NCBI GenBank assembly: GCA_046581755.1
Contig: JAYGFR010000239.1
Coordinates: 1-17,611 of the forward strand
Source of the DNA: Nitrospinota bacterium
GTDB lineage: Bacteria; UBA8248
Reading direction: 5' to 3'
DNA: 17,611 bases
Below, piece by piece: positions 8,644 to 16,638 of this stretch. Under the pieces are notes generated by a model. The model ran no database searches, was not told the origin of the DNA, and was given only the letters and a program-made list of their open reading frames with translations. The translations under genes and the position numbers were made by a program. Position 1 is the stretch's first letter. Each line of letters opens with the position of its first letter.

Positions 8644-9828
8644 ATGGCGAGAAAACCCAAGGCGCTGGCGAAGGCCGCCTGGTTCACCTATTTTCCGGAC
8701 GATTACCGCTGGTCGGCGGCGATCAGCATTTTGTGCTCCATGGCCAACTGGGGCGGCGCCTCTATGGGCGAGATCGATCGGGTGGGGCGGCGCCTCGCCG
8801 GGAAGGTAGGGGACGACAACCACTGGTTCCGCGAGTGGGAGCGGATGGGGGACCATCTCCGGGGGCTGGGGCTCGCGGCCGAGCGCCGGAAAAACAACCT
8901 GAGCGCCGCCGATTTTCAAAAGCGCGCCTGCATGTACTACCAGATGGGCGAGCGCTTCAGGACGCCCAAGGACAAAAAGGCGAAGGCCTGCTACCGCAAG
9001 TCGCTCGATTGTTTCGCGCGCTTCGCCCGCTTGACCGACCGGGCGAGGATCGAGCGGGTCGAAATCCCCTTCGAGAAGGGGAAAAAGCTACGCGCCTATT
9101 TGGTCCACGCCCAAAACACGAAAAAGGCGAGGCCGCCCGCCGTCGTATTTTTCGATGGCTTCGATGTCTCAAAGGAGATTCAGTATGTCTTCGGTTGCGA
9201 GGATCTCATCCGCCGGGGGATCAGCGTGCTTCTCGTGGATGCGCCCGGAAACGGGGAGGCCATCCGCTTCCAGAACCTGTATCTGCGCCACGATCACGAG
9301 GTGGCCGGATCGGCCGCGCTGGATTATCTCGAAGGGCGGGGGGACGTGAACGCCAGGCGAACGGGTGTGTTGGGGATCAGCCTGGGCGGCTACTACGCCC
9401 CCCGGAACGCCAGCATGGAGCGCCGCTTCAAGGCCTGTATCGCCTGGGGCGCGCAGTGGGATTATCAGAAAATCTGGCAGGACCGCATCGCGGCGGCTTA
9501 CAAGACGGCGCTCTCCGTGCCGGGCCACCACCTCACCTGGATCTTCAACGTCAAGACCATGGAGGAGGCTCTCGTAAAGCTCGAGGGGTTCAAGCTGGAC
9601 GGCGTGGTGCAGAAGATGCGCTGCCCCTTCCTCCTCGTGCACGGGGAGGACGATCAGCAGATATCCATGCGGGTGGCCCGCAAGCTGTTCAACGCGGTGG
9701 GATCGAAGGACAAGACTTTAAAGGTGTTCACCGGAAAGGAGGGCGGCGCACAACACTGCCAGATGGACAACGTGATCCTGGCGACCTCGTATATGCACGA
9801 TTGGCTCAAGGAAAAGCTTGAGGCCTAG
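8644..9828 (+). CDS. Alpha/beta hydrolase, 2,6-dihydroxypseudooxynicotine hydrolase/FrsA-like (paralog 2), 394 aa
   Basis: The protein is colinear with paralog 1 and has FDGFDVSKE, DAPGNGE, GISLGG, HGEDD and GGAQHCQ. The start is ATG 8644 after a GGAG RBS; the ORF-track extension to 8308 overlaps the upstream gene and is not credible. Confidence 0.9.
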   Translation: MARKPKALAKAAWFTYFPDDYRWSAAISILCSMANWGGASMGEIDRVGRRLAGKVGDDNHWFREWERMGDHLRGLGLAAERRKNNLSAADFQKRACMYYQMGERFRTPKDKKAKACYRKSLDCFARFARLTDRARIERVEIPFEKGKKLRAYLVHAQNTKKARPPAVVFFDGFDVSKEIQYVFGCEDLIRRGISVLLVDAPGNGEAIRFQNLYLRHDHEVAGSAALDYLEGRGDVNARRTGVLGISLGGYYAPRNASMERRFKACIAWGAQWDYQKIWQDRIAAAYKTALSVPGHHLTWIFNVKTMEEALVKLEGFKLDGVVQKMRCPFLLVHGEDDQQISMRVARKLFNAVGSKDKTLKVFTGKEGGAQHCQMDNVILATSYMHDWLKEKLEA

Positions 9829-9834
9829 CGAACC

Positions 9835-10203
9835 TTATTTGGGCATAAGGACGTACACCTCGCCGCCCTCGATTTCGACCGGGAAGGTCTTGACCTTGCG
9901 GCGGCGGTCGGCAAGGCAGCTTCCGGTCCGGAGGTCGAACTCCCACCCGTGCATGGGGCAGGCGATGATGTCGTACTCCTCGCGGGCATAGCGCTCCCGC
10001 ACACGGCCGTCCGGCCCCACCTCGGTCACCTCCCGGAATAGATTCCCGGGGCATACCGGCCCTTTTTGATGGGGACAGAAATTCTCCAGCGCGAAAAAAC
10101 CGTCCGATAGGTGAAAAATTCCAATGTGAAACCCGCCGATCTCGACTAGGAGCCGCTCCCCCTGCGGAATTTCGCCCGCCTTCCCGGCCGAATAGCGTTT
10201 CAT
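9835..10203 (-). CDS. Rieske [2Fe-2S] ferredoxin, 122 aa
   Basis: Ligand boxes are C43-P-H45 and C82-P-M-H85-GWEFDLRTG. The C-terminal TFPVEIEGGEVYV is typical of Rieske ferredoxins. The start lies 3 nt after the upstream stop. Confidence 0.93.
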   Translation of the reverse strand: MKRYSAGKAGEIPQGERLLVEIGGFHIGIFHLSDGFFALENFCPHQKGPVCPGNLFREVTEVGPDGRVRERYAREEYDIIACPMHGWEFDLRTGSCLADRRRKVKTFPVEIEGGEVYVLMPK

Positions 10204-10206
10204 GGC

Positions 10207-11319
10207 TCAGACAGCCTTCTTGAGGGCCAGGGTTTTCTCGGTGAGCCGGAAAACCCCGAGGGCGGTTTCGCCCATAATCTTGCGCCGGCCCTCCGGCGAG
10301 AGAAATGGCAGGTCCGCCACCGCGCCCGGCTCGTCGTAGTCGAAATGAGGCCAGTCGATCGCGAACATGAAGGAATTTTCCGCATCGGCCATGTCGAAAA
10401 ACGACTTGAGATGGCGGGGCGGCATCTCCTCGATGGGCTGGGTGCTGTAGTAAAAATCCTTCATGTACTCGCTGGGGAGTTTTTTCAGCAGAGGCGCCTC
10501 GAGCCGCCGCATGTACTCGGTGTCGAGGCGATACATCAACCCTCCAATCCAGGTGACGCCACTCTCCTGAAAGACAAATTTAAGATCCGGGAAGCGCTCG
10601 GGCACGCCCTCTGGGACCATGCTGGTGAGCTGAACCTGGTTGCACCAGGTCATGTCGAGCGCGTGGGATTCGAGAAACGAGGGGAACTTAGAGAAGACGG
10701 AAAGATCGGGGCCCAGGAAATTCGCGTGGACGACTATGGGTAGGCCGTGGTGCTGGGCCGCCTCGTAGATCGGGTTGTAGACTTCCGCGCCAAGCGGCGT
10801 CTCGACGCTACCCAGTATCTCTACGGCGCAGACGACTGGATGGCTCGAGACTCGGCCGCTCATCTCCGCCGATTTTTCAGGGTCCCGGCCCGCCGCGACG
10901 ACGAGGGTGTAGACGCCCTTGTCCGGGTCGCAGACGCCGTCGAGCATGTAGTCGATATATCCGTTACAGATGTCCATCGCGTGGTTGCGGTCCCGGACGA
11001 ACTCGACCATGAGCATGTAGGTGGGCAGGAGTACGATGGGGTCGATGCCGAAGTGGGCCATGGCCTTGGGGATGTTCCTCGGGCTGGTCATCCCGAGCAT
11101 CTCGTCCTGCTCACCCATGCCCGAGGCCCCGCCGCCGCGGACGGTGTGGCCGTGAAGCATGACGTCGTACTGATCTCCCACCAGCGCCGGCATGTGGTAC
11201 TGCCCGCTCCAGTCGGCGAACCGCTTCACCGAGGGGCCGTGAAGGTATTTGGAAAATTCACGGATTTGTTCGAGGTAGTGGGCGTCCACATCCACCACGT
11301 GGAGACCGTCGTATCCCAT
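10207..11319 (-). CDS. Amidohydrolase-2 family TIM-barrel metalloprotein; candidate amidohydrolase-related dinuclear oxygenase, 370 aa
   Basis: Motifs: VVDVD12AH14, PIYEAAQHHGLPIVVH198, GVPERFPDLKFVFQE252SG, PSEY, STQP and FAID322WPH325FD327. It is adjacent to a Rieske ferredoxin. Confidence 0.88.
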   Translation of the reverse strand: MGYDGLHVVDVDAHYLEQIREFSKYLHGPSVKRFADWSGQYHMPALVGDQYDVMLHGHTVRGGGASGMGEQDEMLGMTSPRNIPKAMAHFGIDPIVLLPTYMLMVEFVRDRNHAMDICNGYIDYMLDGVCDPDKGVYTLVVAAGRDPEKSAEMSGRVSSHPVVCAVEILGSVETPLGAEVYNPIYEAAQHHGLPIVVHANFLGPDLSVFSKFPSFLESHALDMTWCNQVQLTSMVPEGVPERFPDLKFVFQESGVTWIGGLMYRLDTEYMRRLEAPLLKKLPSEYMKDFYYSTQPIEEMPPRHLKSFFDMADAENSFMFAIDWPHFDYDEPGAVADLPFLSPEGRRKIMGETALGVFRLTEKTLALKKAV

Positions 11320-11338
11320 CGCCGTATTCCGGAGCGGC

Positions 11339-12271
11339 CTAGTCGGCCGTATGCTTCATCCTCGGGTCGAGGACGTCGCGGAGCCAGTCGCCCAGCAGGT
11401 TGACGCTCAGCACCGTGACCATCAGGACCAGCCCCGGGAACAGGGCGATCCACCAGGCGGTGTCCAGGAAGGCGCGGCCGTCGGCCAGCATTCCGCCCCA
11501 GGTGGGCGTGGGCGGCGGCACCCCGAGCCCTAGGAAGGACAGGGCCGATTCGATGATGATCATGCGCCCCAGATAAAGGGTCGCGATGACGATGGTGGTG
11601 GAGATGACGTTGGGGAACAGGTAGAAGGCCAGGATGCGGAACGTGCTGCATCCGGCCGCTTTCGCGCCCATCACGAAATCCTGTTCCTTGAGGGAGAGCA
11701 CCTCGCTCCGAACCACGCGCGCATAGACGATCCACGTCCTGAGGGCGATGACCAGAATAATGTTTTGCAGGCTCGGTCCCAGGATGGCGACCAGGGTGAT
11801 GGCGAGCAGGATAAACGGAACCGCTAGGGCCGTATCGACAATTCGGCTGATGATGGTATCCACCCATCCTCCGAAATAGCCTGCGGCGATTCCGACGGAG
11901 ATTCCGATGAAGCCGCTGATGAGTACGGCGGTGATCCCAACGAGGAGGGAGATTCGCGAGCCCCAGATAATGCGGCTGAGGATGTCCCGGCCCTGCTGAT
12001 CGGTTCCGAGATGGTAGACGTTGCCGGCCTTGTCCGTGAAGCCGGGCGGCTTGATGTAGCGTATCAGGTCCTGATCGATCGGGTCCAGCGGAGAGAAAAA
12101 GCCGGGGATGATGGCGAACAAAATCACGATGATCAGACAGACTAGTCCGATCATGGCCGGAGGCCTCTTTTTGAGTTCGCGGATTGCGAGCTGAAAATCC
12201 GAAGGCCCCCGGGGTTCGTCCTCCAAGGCTGCCAGCGGCGGCGCCAGCGTGTGCGTTTGTTCGACTGCCAT
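11339..12271 (-). CDS. dppC: Peptide/nickel ABC transporter permease, DppC/OppC type, 310 aa
   Basis: Motifs: HLGTDQQGRDILSRIIWGSRISL, AGYFGGWVD, the EAA-like loop DFVMGAKAAGCS and ESALSFLGLGVPPPTPTWG. Multiple TM segments are visible. Confidence 0.93.
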   Translation of the reverse strand: MAVEQTHTLAPPLAALEDEPRGPSDFQLAIRELKKRPPAMIGLVCLIIVILFAIIPGFFSPLDPIDQDLIRYIKPPGFTDKAGNVYHLGTDQQGRDILSRIIWGSRISLLVGITAVLISGFIGISVGIAAGYFGGWVDTIISRIVDTALAVPFILLAITLVAILGPSLQNIILVIALRTWIVYARVVRSEVLSLKEQDFVMGAKAAGCSTFRILAFYLFPNVISTTIVIATLYLGRMIIIESALSFLGLGVPPPTPTWGGMLADGRAFLDTAWWIALFPGLVLMVTVLSVNLLGDWLRDVLDPRMKHTAD

Positions 12272-12300
12272 TTTCGTTTTCGCTCCCGGTTTTTAATTCC

Positions 12301-13314
12301 CTAGCTGTATGAAATTCGCGGGTCGAGCAAGGCGTAGAGAATATCCACGGCCAGGTTCACCCCCACGAATACGAACGAAAGCAGCGCCACCGCCGCCTGG
12401 ACGATGGGGTAGTCCTGGTTGCTGATGGCGTCCACCACCAAAAAGCCCACCCCCGGCCAGGCGAACACGGCCTCGGTCACGACCGTCCCGCCGAGGAGGA
12501 TTCCCAACTCCAGCCCCACCAGCGTCACCACGGGGATGGCGGCGTTCTTCAGGGCGTGCCGGACGATGACGAGCCACTCGACGATGCCCTTCGAGCGGGC
12601 GGTGCGCACATAGTCCTGCTCGAGGACCTCGAGCATCTGCGAGCGCACGAGGCGCGTGATGCGGGCGGTGGCGTAAAGGCCCGCCGTGACGGCCGGCAAG
12701 ATGATGTAGTACCAGGCCTCGAAGCCCGACGTGGGGAGCCACCCGAGATAGACGGCGAAAAAAATGATGAGCAGGAGGCCCAGCCAGAAATTGGGCATGG
12801 ACTGGCCGAACATCGATCCAATCGAGCTGGCATGATCGATCCAGGTGTTCCTGAAGGTGGCCGACAGGACCCCGGCCGGTATGGAGATCAAAATGGCGAG
12901 GATCACCGCCGTTATCGCCAGCAGGATGGTGTTGGGGAAATGCTCCAGGACGAGGCCCATCGCGGGTATTTCGTGGCGGTAGGAGAAGCCGAAGTCCCCC
13001 CGTATGACCCCCAGGGTTTTCACCCGCTCGGCATTTTCGATATCGACATCGGAAGTCTTGATGTTCTGGGTCTCCCCCAGCAAAATATAATCGACGGTAT
13101 CGACGCCGAAAAGAAACTTGGCGAACTGGATGGGGAGCGGCTGGTCGAAGCCCATCTCCTTGGAGAAGGCGGCCACTTCCTCTTGGGTGGATTCCAGGGG
13201 CATCAGGATGGCCGCCGGATTCCCCGTGATCTGCAGCATCGAGAAGACGAGGACCAAAATCGCCATGAAGACGATGAGGCTCTGAAGAACCCGCCGAATG
13301 ATGTATGCGCGCAT
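12301..13314 (-). CDS. dppB: Peptide/nickel ABC transporter permease, DppB/OppB type, 337 aa
   Basis: Motifs: YIIRR N-terminus, GFDQPLPIQF, GDFGFS, SMPNFWLG, QDYVRTARSKG, RHALKNA, VTEAVFAWPGVG and DILYALLDPRI. Confidence 0.93.
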   Translation of the reverse strand: MRAYIIRRVLQSLIVFMAILVLVFSMLQITGNPAAILMPLESTQEEVAAFSKEMGFDQPLPIQFAKFLFGVDTVDYILLGETQNIKTSDVDIENAERVKTLGVIRGDFGFSYRHEIPAMGLVLEHFPNTILLAITAVILAILISIPAGVLSATFRNTWIDHASSIGSMFGQSMPNFWLGLLLIIFFAVYLGWLPTSGFEAWYYIILPAVTAGLYATARITRLVRSQMLEVLEQDYVRTARSKGIVEWLVIVRHALKNAAIPVVTLVGLELGILLGGTVVTEAVFAWPGVGFLVVDAISNQDYPIVQAAVALLSFVFVGVNLAVDILYALLDPRISYS

Positions 13315-13518
13315 GGGTTTCCTTGTATATGACAGTTTCGATGACCGGTGTTTTATCGTCTATGGTTGATGGATATCGTCGCTATCTTCTCCGCCTCCGT
13401 CAAGGCGGGCGCGGGCGCGAATGCGCGCGGCGGGCCCCCCCGCGGGGACTCCCCGCCGGGACCCGGTTTCGGCCTCTCCCCGCGCGCCGCCCATGGACAT
13501 CCGGCGGGAGGATCCTTA

Positions 13519-13533
13519 GGATAGGGCCTATCC
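13519..13533. promoter_or_regulatory. Perfect 7-bp inverted repeat (putative operator) between divergent dppB and VOC genes
   Basis: GGATAGG-G-CCTATCC lies 65 nt upstream of the VOC start and is flanked by ATCCGG (13499-13504) and CCGGAT (13539-13544). Confidence 0.4.
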
Positions 13534-13598
13534 ATTGTCCGGATATGAAGGAATGTCACCGGAAGCCCGTTGCGGCGAACCGTGGAGGGGAGAGGCGC

Positions 13599-14561
13599 AT
13601 GCCCGTAGATGCGAAGCTGGACCATCTCGGCCTTTACACGGAGGATATCGAGCGTTCGATGCGCTGGTATCACGAAATCCTCGGGTTTCGCGTCTCGGAT
13701 TACCTGCCCCCCGGGAACACCGAGGAGCCCGTCGCCCCGGACGGGATCTCCTGGATGCGCTACTCTCATCTTCACCACGACCTGACCTTCGTCCAGTATC
13801 CGGTCGAGGCCCTTTCGGAACCCGAAACGGGCCAGCCCGGCAATCTCCAGCAGTTCGCTTTCCACGTGGCTTCCGAGGGTGCCGTCGAGGCGGCCTACGA
13901 GGCCGTGACCGCGGCGGGTGTCACCATCGTCAGCCCTCTCAAGCGGGGGCCGGTTCTGGGAATTTTGCAGTTCTACATGGCCGACCCGGACGGCAACAAG
14001 GTCGAAATTTTTCACACTCCCGGCCTGGCGCCCCGGCCGGAGCGGAGCGTCGAAAGCCCGGGCCTCATCCGGGTCGATTTCTTGTCTCATGTCGGTGTCT
14101 ATGCCGGGGACATGGAAAAATCCATCGATTGGTACGAGGAGATGCTGGGCTTCCGCCTCGCGGACAAGCGCGGGGCCGACCCGCCCGAACCCGTCCTCCA
14201 GGCCAGCGTGCCGCACGGGATCGCCTGGATGAGCAATACCGAGGAACACCATAATCTCGTCCTGGTCCAGCTGGCCCCGGAGGAGATCGGAAGGCCGCTT
14301 CCCTTCGGGGGGCGGGGCTCCCTTCAGCAGATCGCCCTCGACATCGAGAGCACCGACGCCCTCATGTCCGCGCACGAGTATCTGGCCGGAAAGGGGGTGG
14401 ATATCGTCGTGCCCCCGCGCCCCCAGAACTGGAGCGGCGGGATGAAGTTCTACTTCCGGGATCCGGACGGAACCAAGCTGGAAATTTCGAGCGGGATGAA
14501 AACTGTTGATCTAGATTACGGCAGCCAATACGAAATCGCCCGGAAGATGGCGGCGACCTGA
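13599..14561 (+). CDS. Two-domain VOC (glyoxalase/extradiol dioxygenase superfamily) protein, 320 aa
   Basis: Two similar modules: DHLGLY...WYHEILGF...HHDL...FYMADPDGNKVE and SHVGVY...WYEEMLGF...HHNL...FYFRDPDGTKLE. The start is ATG 13599 after a GGAGGGGAGAGG RBS. Confidence 0.9.
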   Translation: MPVDAKLDHLGLYTEDIERSMRWYHEILGFRVSDYLPPGNTEEPVAPDGISWMRYSHLHHDLTFVQYPVEALSEPETGQPGNLQQFAFHVASEGAVEAAYEAVTAAGVTIVSPLKRGPVLGILQFYMADPDGNKVEIFHTPGLAPRPERSVESPGLIRVDFLSHVGVYAGDMEKSIDWYEEMLGFRLADKRGADPPEPVLQASVPHGIAWMSNTEEHHNLVLVQLAPEEIGRPLPFGGRGSLQQIALDIESTDALMSAHEYLAGKGVDIVVPPRPQNWSGGMKFYFRDPDGTKLEISSGMKTVDLDYGSQYEIARKMAAT

Positions 14562-14617
14562 CGGATTTTTTCAACCGGATTCGAGTTACCCCAGAGAATA
14601 TCTCAGAGGATACCCTA

Positions 14618-15601
14618 ATGAAACTCGCCACCTACCGCAACACCGCGCCCGGCGCGACCGGAGATCGCCTGGGCGCATTGCTGTCGAACGGAAACATGGC
14701 CGACCTGCGCCTCGCCTACGCGGGCTATCTCGCCGAGGAGGAAGGCGAGGGCCGTCCCTACGCGATGGCCAACGCGCGAATCCCCCGCGACATGACCCAG
14801 TTTCTCGCCGGCGGCGCGCCCGCCCTGAACGCCGCCCGCGTGGCGGTGGATTTTGCCGAGAGCGCCCTCCGATCGGGCGGCGACCCCGTGGGCCCGGGCG
14901 GGGAGCTGTGCGCCCACAAGCCCAAGCACTTTCGCCTGTGCGCCGTCATCCCGCGGCCGGGCAAGTTTTTGCACACCGGCCTCAACTCGAAAAAGCACGT
15001 CGAAAACACCGGGAACAAGGCGCCCGAAAACGTCGCCGGGGCCCCCCGGTTCATCAGCTCCCTCATCGGGCACGAAGAGCCGGTGGTCCGTCCGGCGCAG
15101 ACGACCCGGTTCGACTACGAGGTCGAGGTGGGCATCGTCATCGGAACGCGCTGCAAGGACGTGAAGCCCGAGGACGCCTTCGATCAGATCGTGGGCTATA
15201 CCATCTACAACGACATCACCGCCCGTGAGGTCCAGCGCTCCCAGGCGTTGGGCGGGGTTTTTCTGGGGAAAAACTTCGACACCACCAATCCGATTGGCCC
15301 CTATCTCGTCACCTCGGACGAGGTGCCCAACCCCGAAGAGCTCCTGGTCGAGAGCCGGGTGAACGGCGATGTCCGCCAGCACGAACGGCTGACCGACATG
15401 ATTTTCGACATCCCGACCCTGATCGCCTTCTTCAGCCAGATGACCCTGGAGCCGGGTGATATCATCTCATCGGGAACCTTCGGAGGCGTCGCCCACGAGC
15501 AGCCCGACCCCGAGCCCTTTTTCATGAAGCCTGGCGATGTGGTCGAGTGCGAGGTCGAGCACCTGGGCATCCTGCGCAACCCCATCGTCGCGCCGGAATG
15601 A
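14618..15601 (+). CDS. Fumarylacetoacetate hydrolase (FAH) family protein, 327 aa
   Basis: Motifs: GLN, DYEVEVGIVIG, GYTIYNDITAR, GKNFDTTNPIGP, MIFD, TLEPGDIISSGT and LGILRNPI. A GAGGA RBS lies upstream. Confidence 0.93.
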   Translation: MKLATYRNTAPGATGDRLGALLSNGNMADLRLAYAGYLAEEEGEGRPYAMANARIPRDMTQFLAGGAPALNAARVAVDFAESALRSGGDPVGPGGELCAHKPKHFRLCAVIPRPGKFLHTGLNSKKHVENTGNKAPENVAGAPRFISSLIGHEEPVVRPAQTTRFDYEVEVGIVIGTRCKDVKPEDAFDQIVGYTIYNDITAREVQRSQALGGVFLGKNFDTTNPIGPYLVTSDEVPNPEELLVESRVNGDVRQHERLTDMIFDIPTLIAFFSQMTLEPGDIISSGTFGGVAHEQPDPEPFFMKPGDVVECEVEHLGILRNPIVAPE

Positions 15602-15628
15602 TCCGGGCCTGGCTGAAACAATCCGGGT

Positions 15629-16606
15629 CTAGATAACCGCGAGCGCCGCCCTCGCCGCCGCCACGATCTTCTCGGCGCTCGGAAGCACAAAGGCCTCGAG
15701 CTTGGGCTGGACGGGTACGGGAACGTCCAGCGCCGCCACTCGGGCGATGGGGCACTTGAGCGCATCGAAGGCCGCCGCCTGGAGCGAGGCGGCAATCTCG
15801 GCCCCCACCCCGCCGTGCAGGTGTCCCTCCTCGGCGATGACGCACCGTCCCGTTTTGCGCACCGAGGCCGCCAGCCCGGCCGTATCGAGCGGGCGGAGGG
15901 TGCGCGGGTCCATCACCTCGGCGCTGTAACCCTCCCCGGCCAGCGTTTGGGCCGCCTCGAGACAGTTCGCCACCTGAGAGCCCGTTCCGATCAGGGTGAT
16001 GTCCGAGCCCTCGCGCTTCACGGCCGCCTGCCCGAAGAGGATCGTGTGGTCGCCCTCGGGGATCGGGCCCTTGTCGTTGTAAAGACACCTGTACTCGATG
16101 AAGAGGACAGGGTTGTCGTCCCGGATGGCCGATTTGAGCAGCCCCTTCACGTCCCCGGGGTTGGTCGGCACGACGATCCGGAGACCGGGCACGTTCAGGA
16201 ACATCGATTCGAGGCACTGGCTGTGGGTCGGGCCGTTCTGGATTCCGCCCCCCTCGGGCGCCCGGATGACGAGGGGAATCTTCACCTGCCCGCCCAGCAT
16301 GTAGCGCATCTTGGCCGCCTGGTTCGCGATGGGGTCGATGGCCAGCATCATGAAATCGATCCGGCGCATGTCCAGGACGGGCCGGTAGCCCGCCATGGCG
16401 GCCCCGACGGCGGCGCCCGTGAAACCGAGCTCGCTGATGGGGGTGTCGCGCACACGCGCGGCCCCGAACCTCTCGGCCAGCCCGGCCTCGGCCGGCGAGA
16501 TTCTCTCGTTGTTGACGTCCTCGCCCATCACGAAGACCTTCTCGTCGCGGGCCATCTCCTCGTGCAGCGCCGCGTTGATCGCTTCGACATATGTCATCTC
16601 AGGCAT
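15629..16606 (-). CDS. 2-oxoacid/acetoin dehydrogenase E1 beta subunit (PdhB/AcoB-like), 325 aa
   Basis: Motifs: EAINAALHEEM, VFVMGEDV, RVRDTPISE, NQAAKMRYMLGG, HSQCLE, KGLLKSAIRDDNPV and DPRTLRPLD. Confidence 0.93.
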   Translation of the reverse strand: MPEMTYVEAINAALHEEMARDEKVFVMGEDVNNERISPAEAGLAERFGAARVRDTPISELGFTGAAVGAAMAGYRPVLDMRRIDFMMLAIDPIANQAAKMRYMLGGQVKIPLVIRAPEGGGIQNGPTHSQCLESMFLNVPGLRIVVPTNPGDVKGLLKSAIRDDNPVLFIEYRCLYNDKGPIPEGDHTILFGQAAVKREGSDITLIGTGSQVANCLEAAQTLAGEGYSAEVMDPRTLRPLDTAGLAASVRKTGRCVIAEEGHLHGGVGAEIAASLQAAAFDALKCPIARVAALDVPVPVQPKLEAFVLPSAEKIVAAARAALAVI

Positions 16607-16638
16607 CGGTTATCCCCAATATAATTCCGCCGCAATGA

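Noticed and set aside
10207..11319. Possible pseudogenisation of the amidohydrolase-fold gene (odd residues such as MVPEG and FAIDW)
   Set aside because: The frame is intact and full length with all predicted metal ligands present. Decay cannot be supported without a homolog alignment.
13305..13598. 98-aa N-terminal extension of the VOC ORF
   Set aside because: It is a low-complexity Arg/Pro/Gly translation of the divergent intergenic region and overlaps the dppB start. A strong RBS lies at 13599.
15593..15628. Terminator between convergent FAH and E1 beta genes (CCGGA-ATGA-TCCGG; ATCCGGG twice)
   Set aside because: The stem is only 5 bp and there is no U-tract on either strand.
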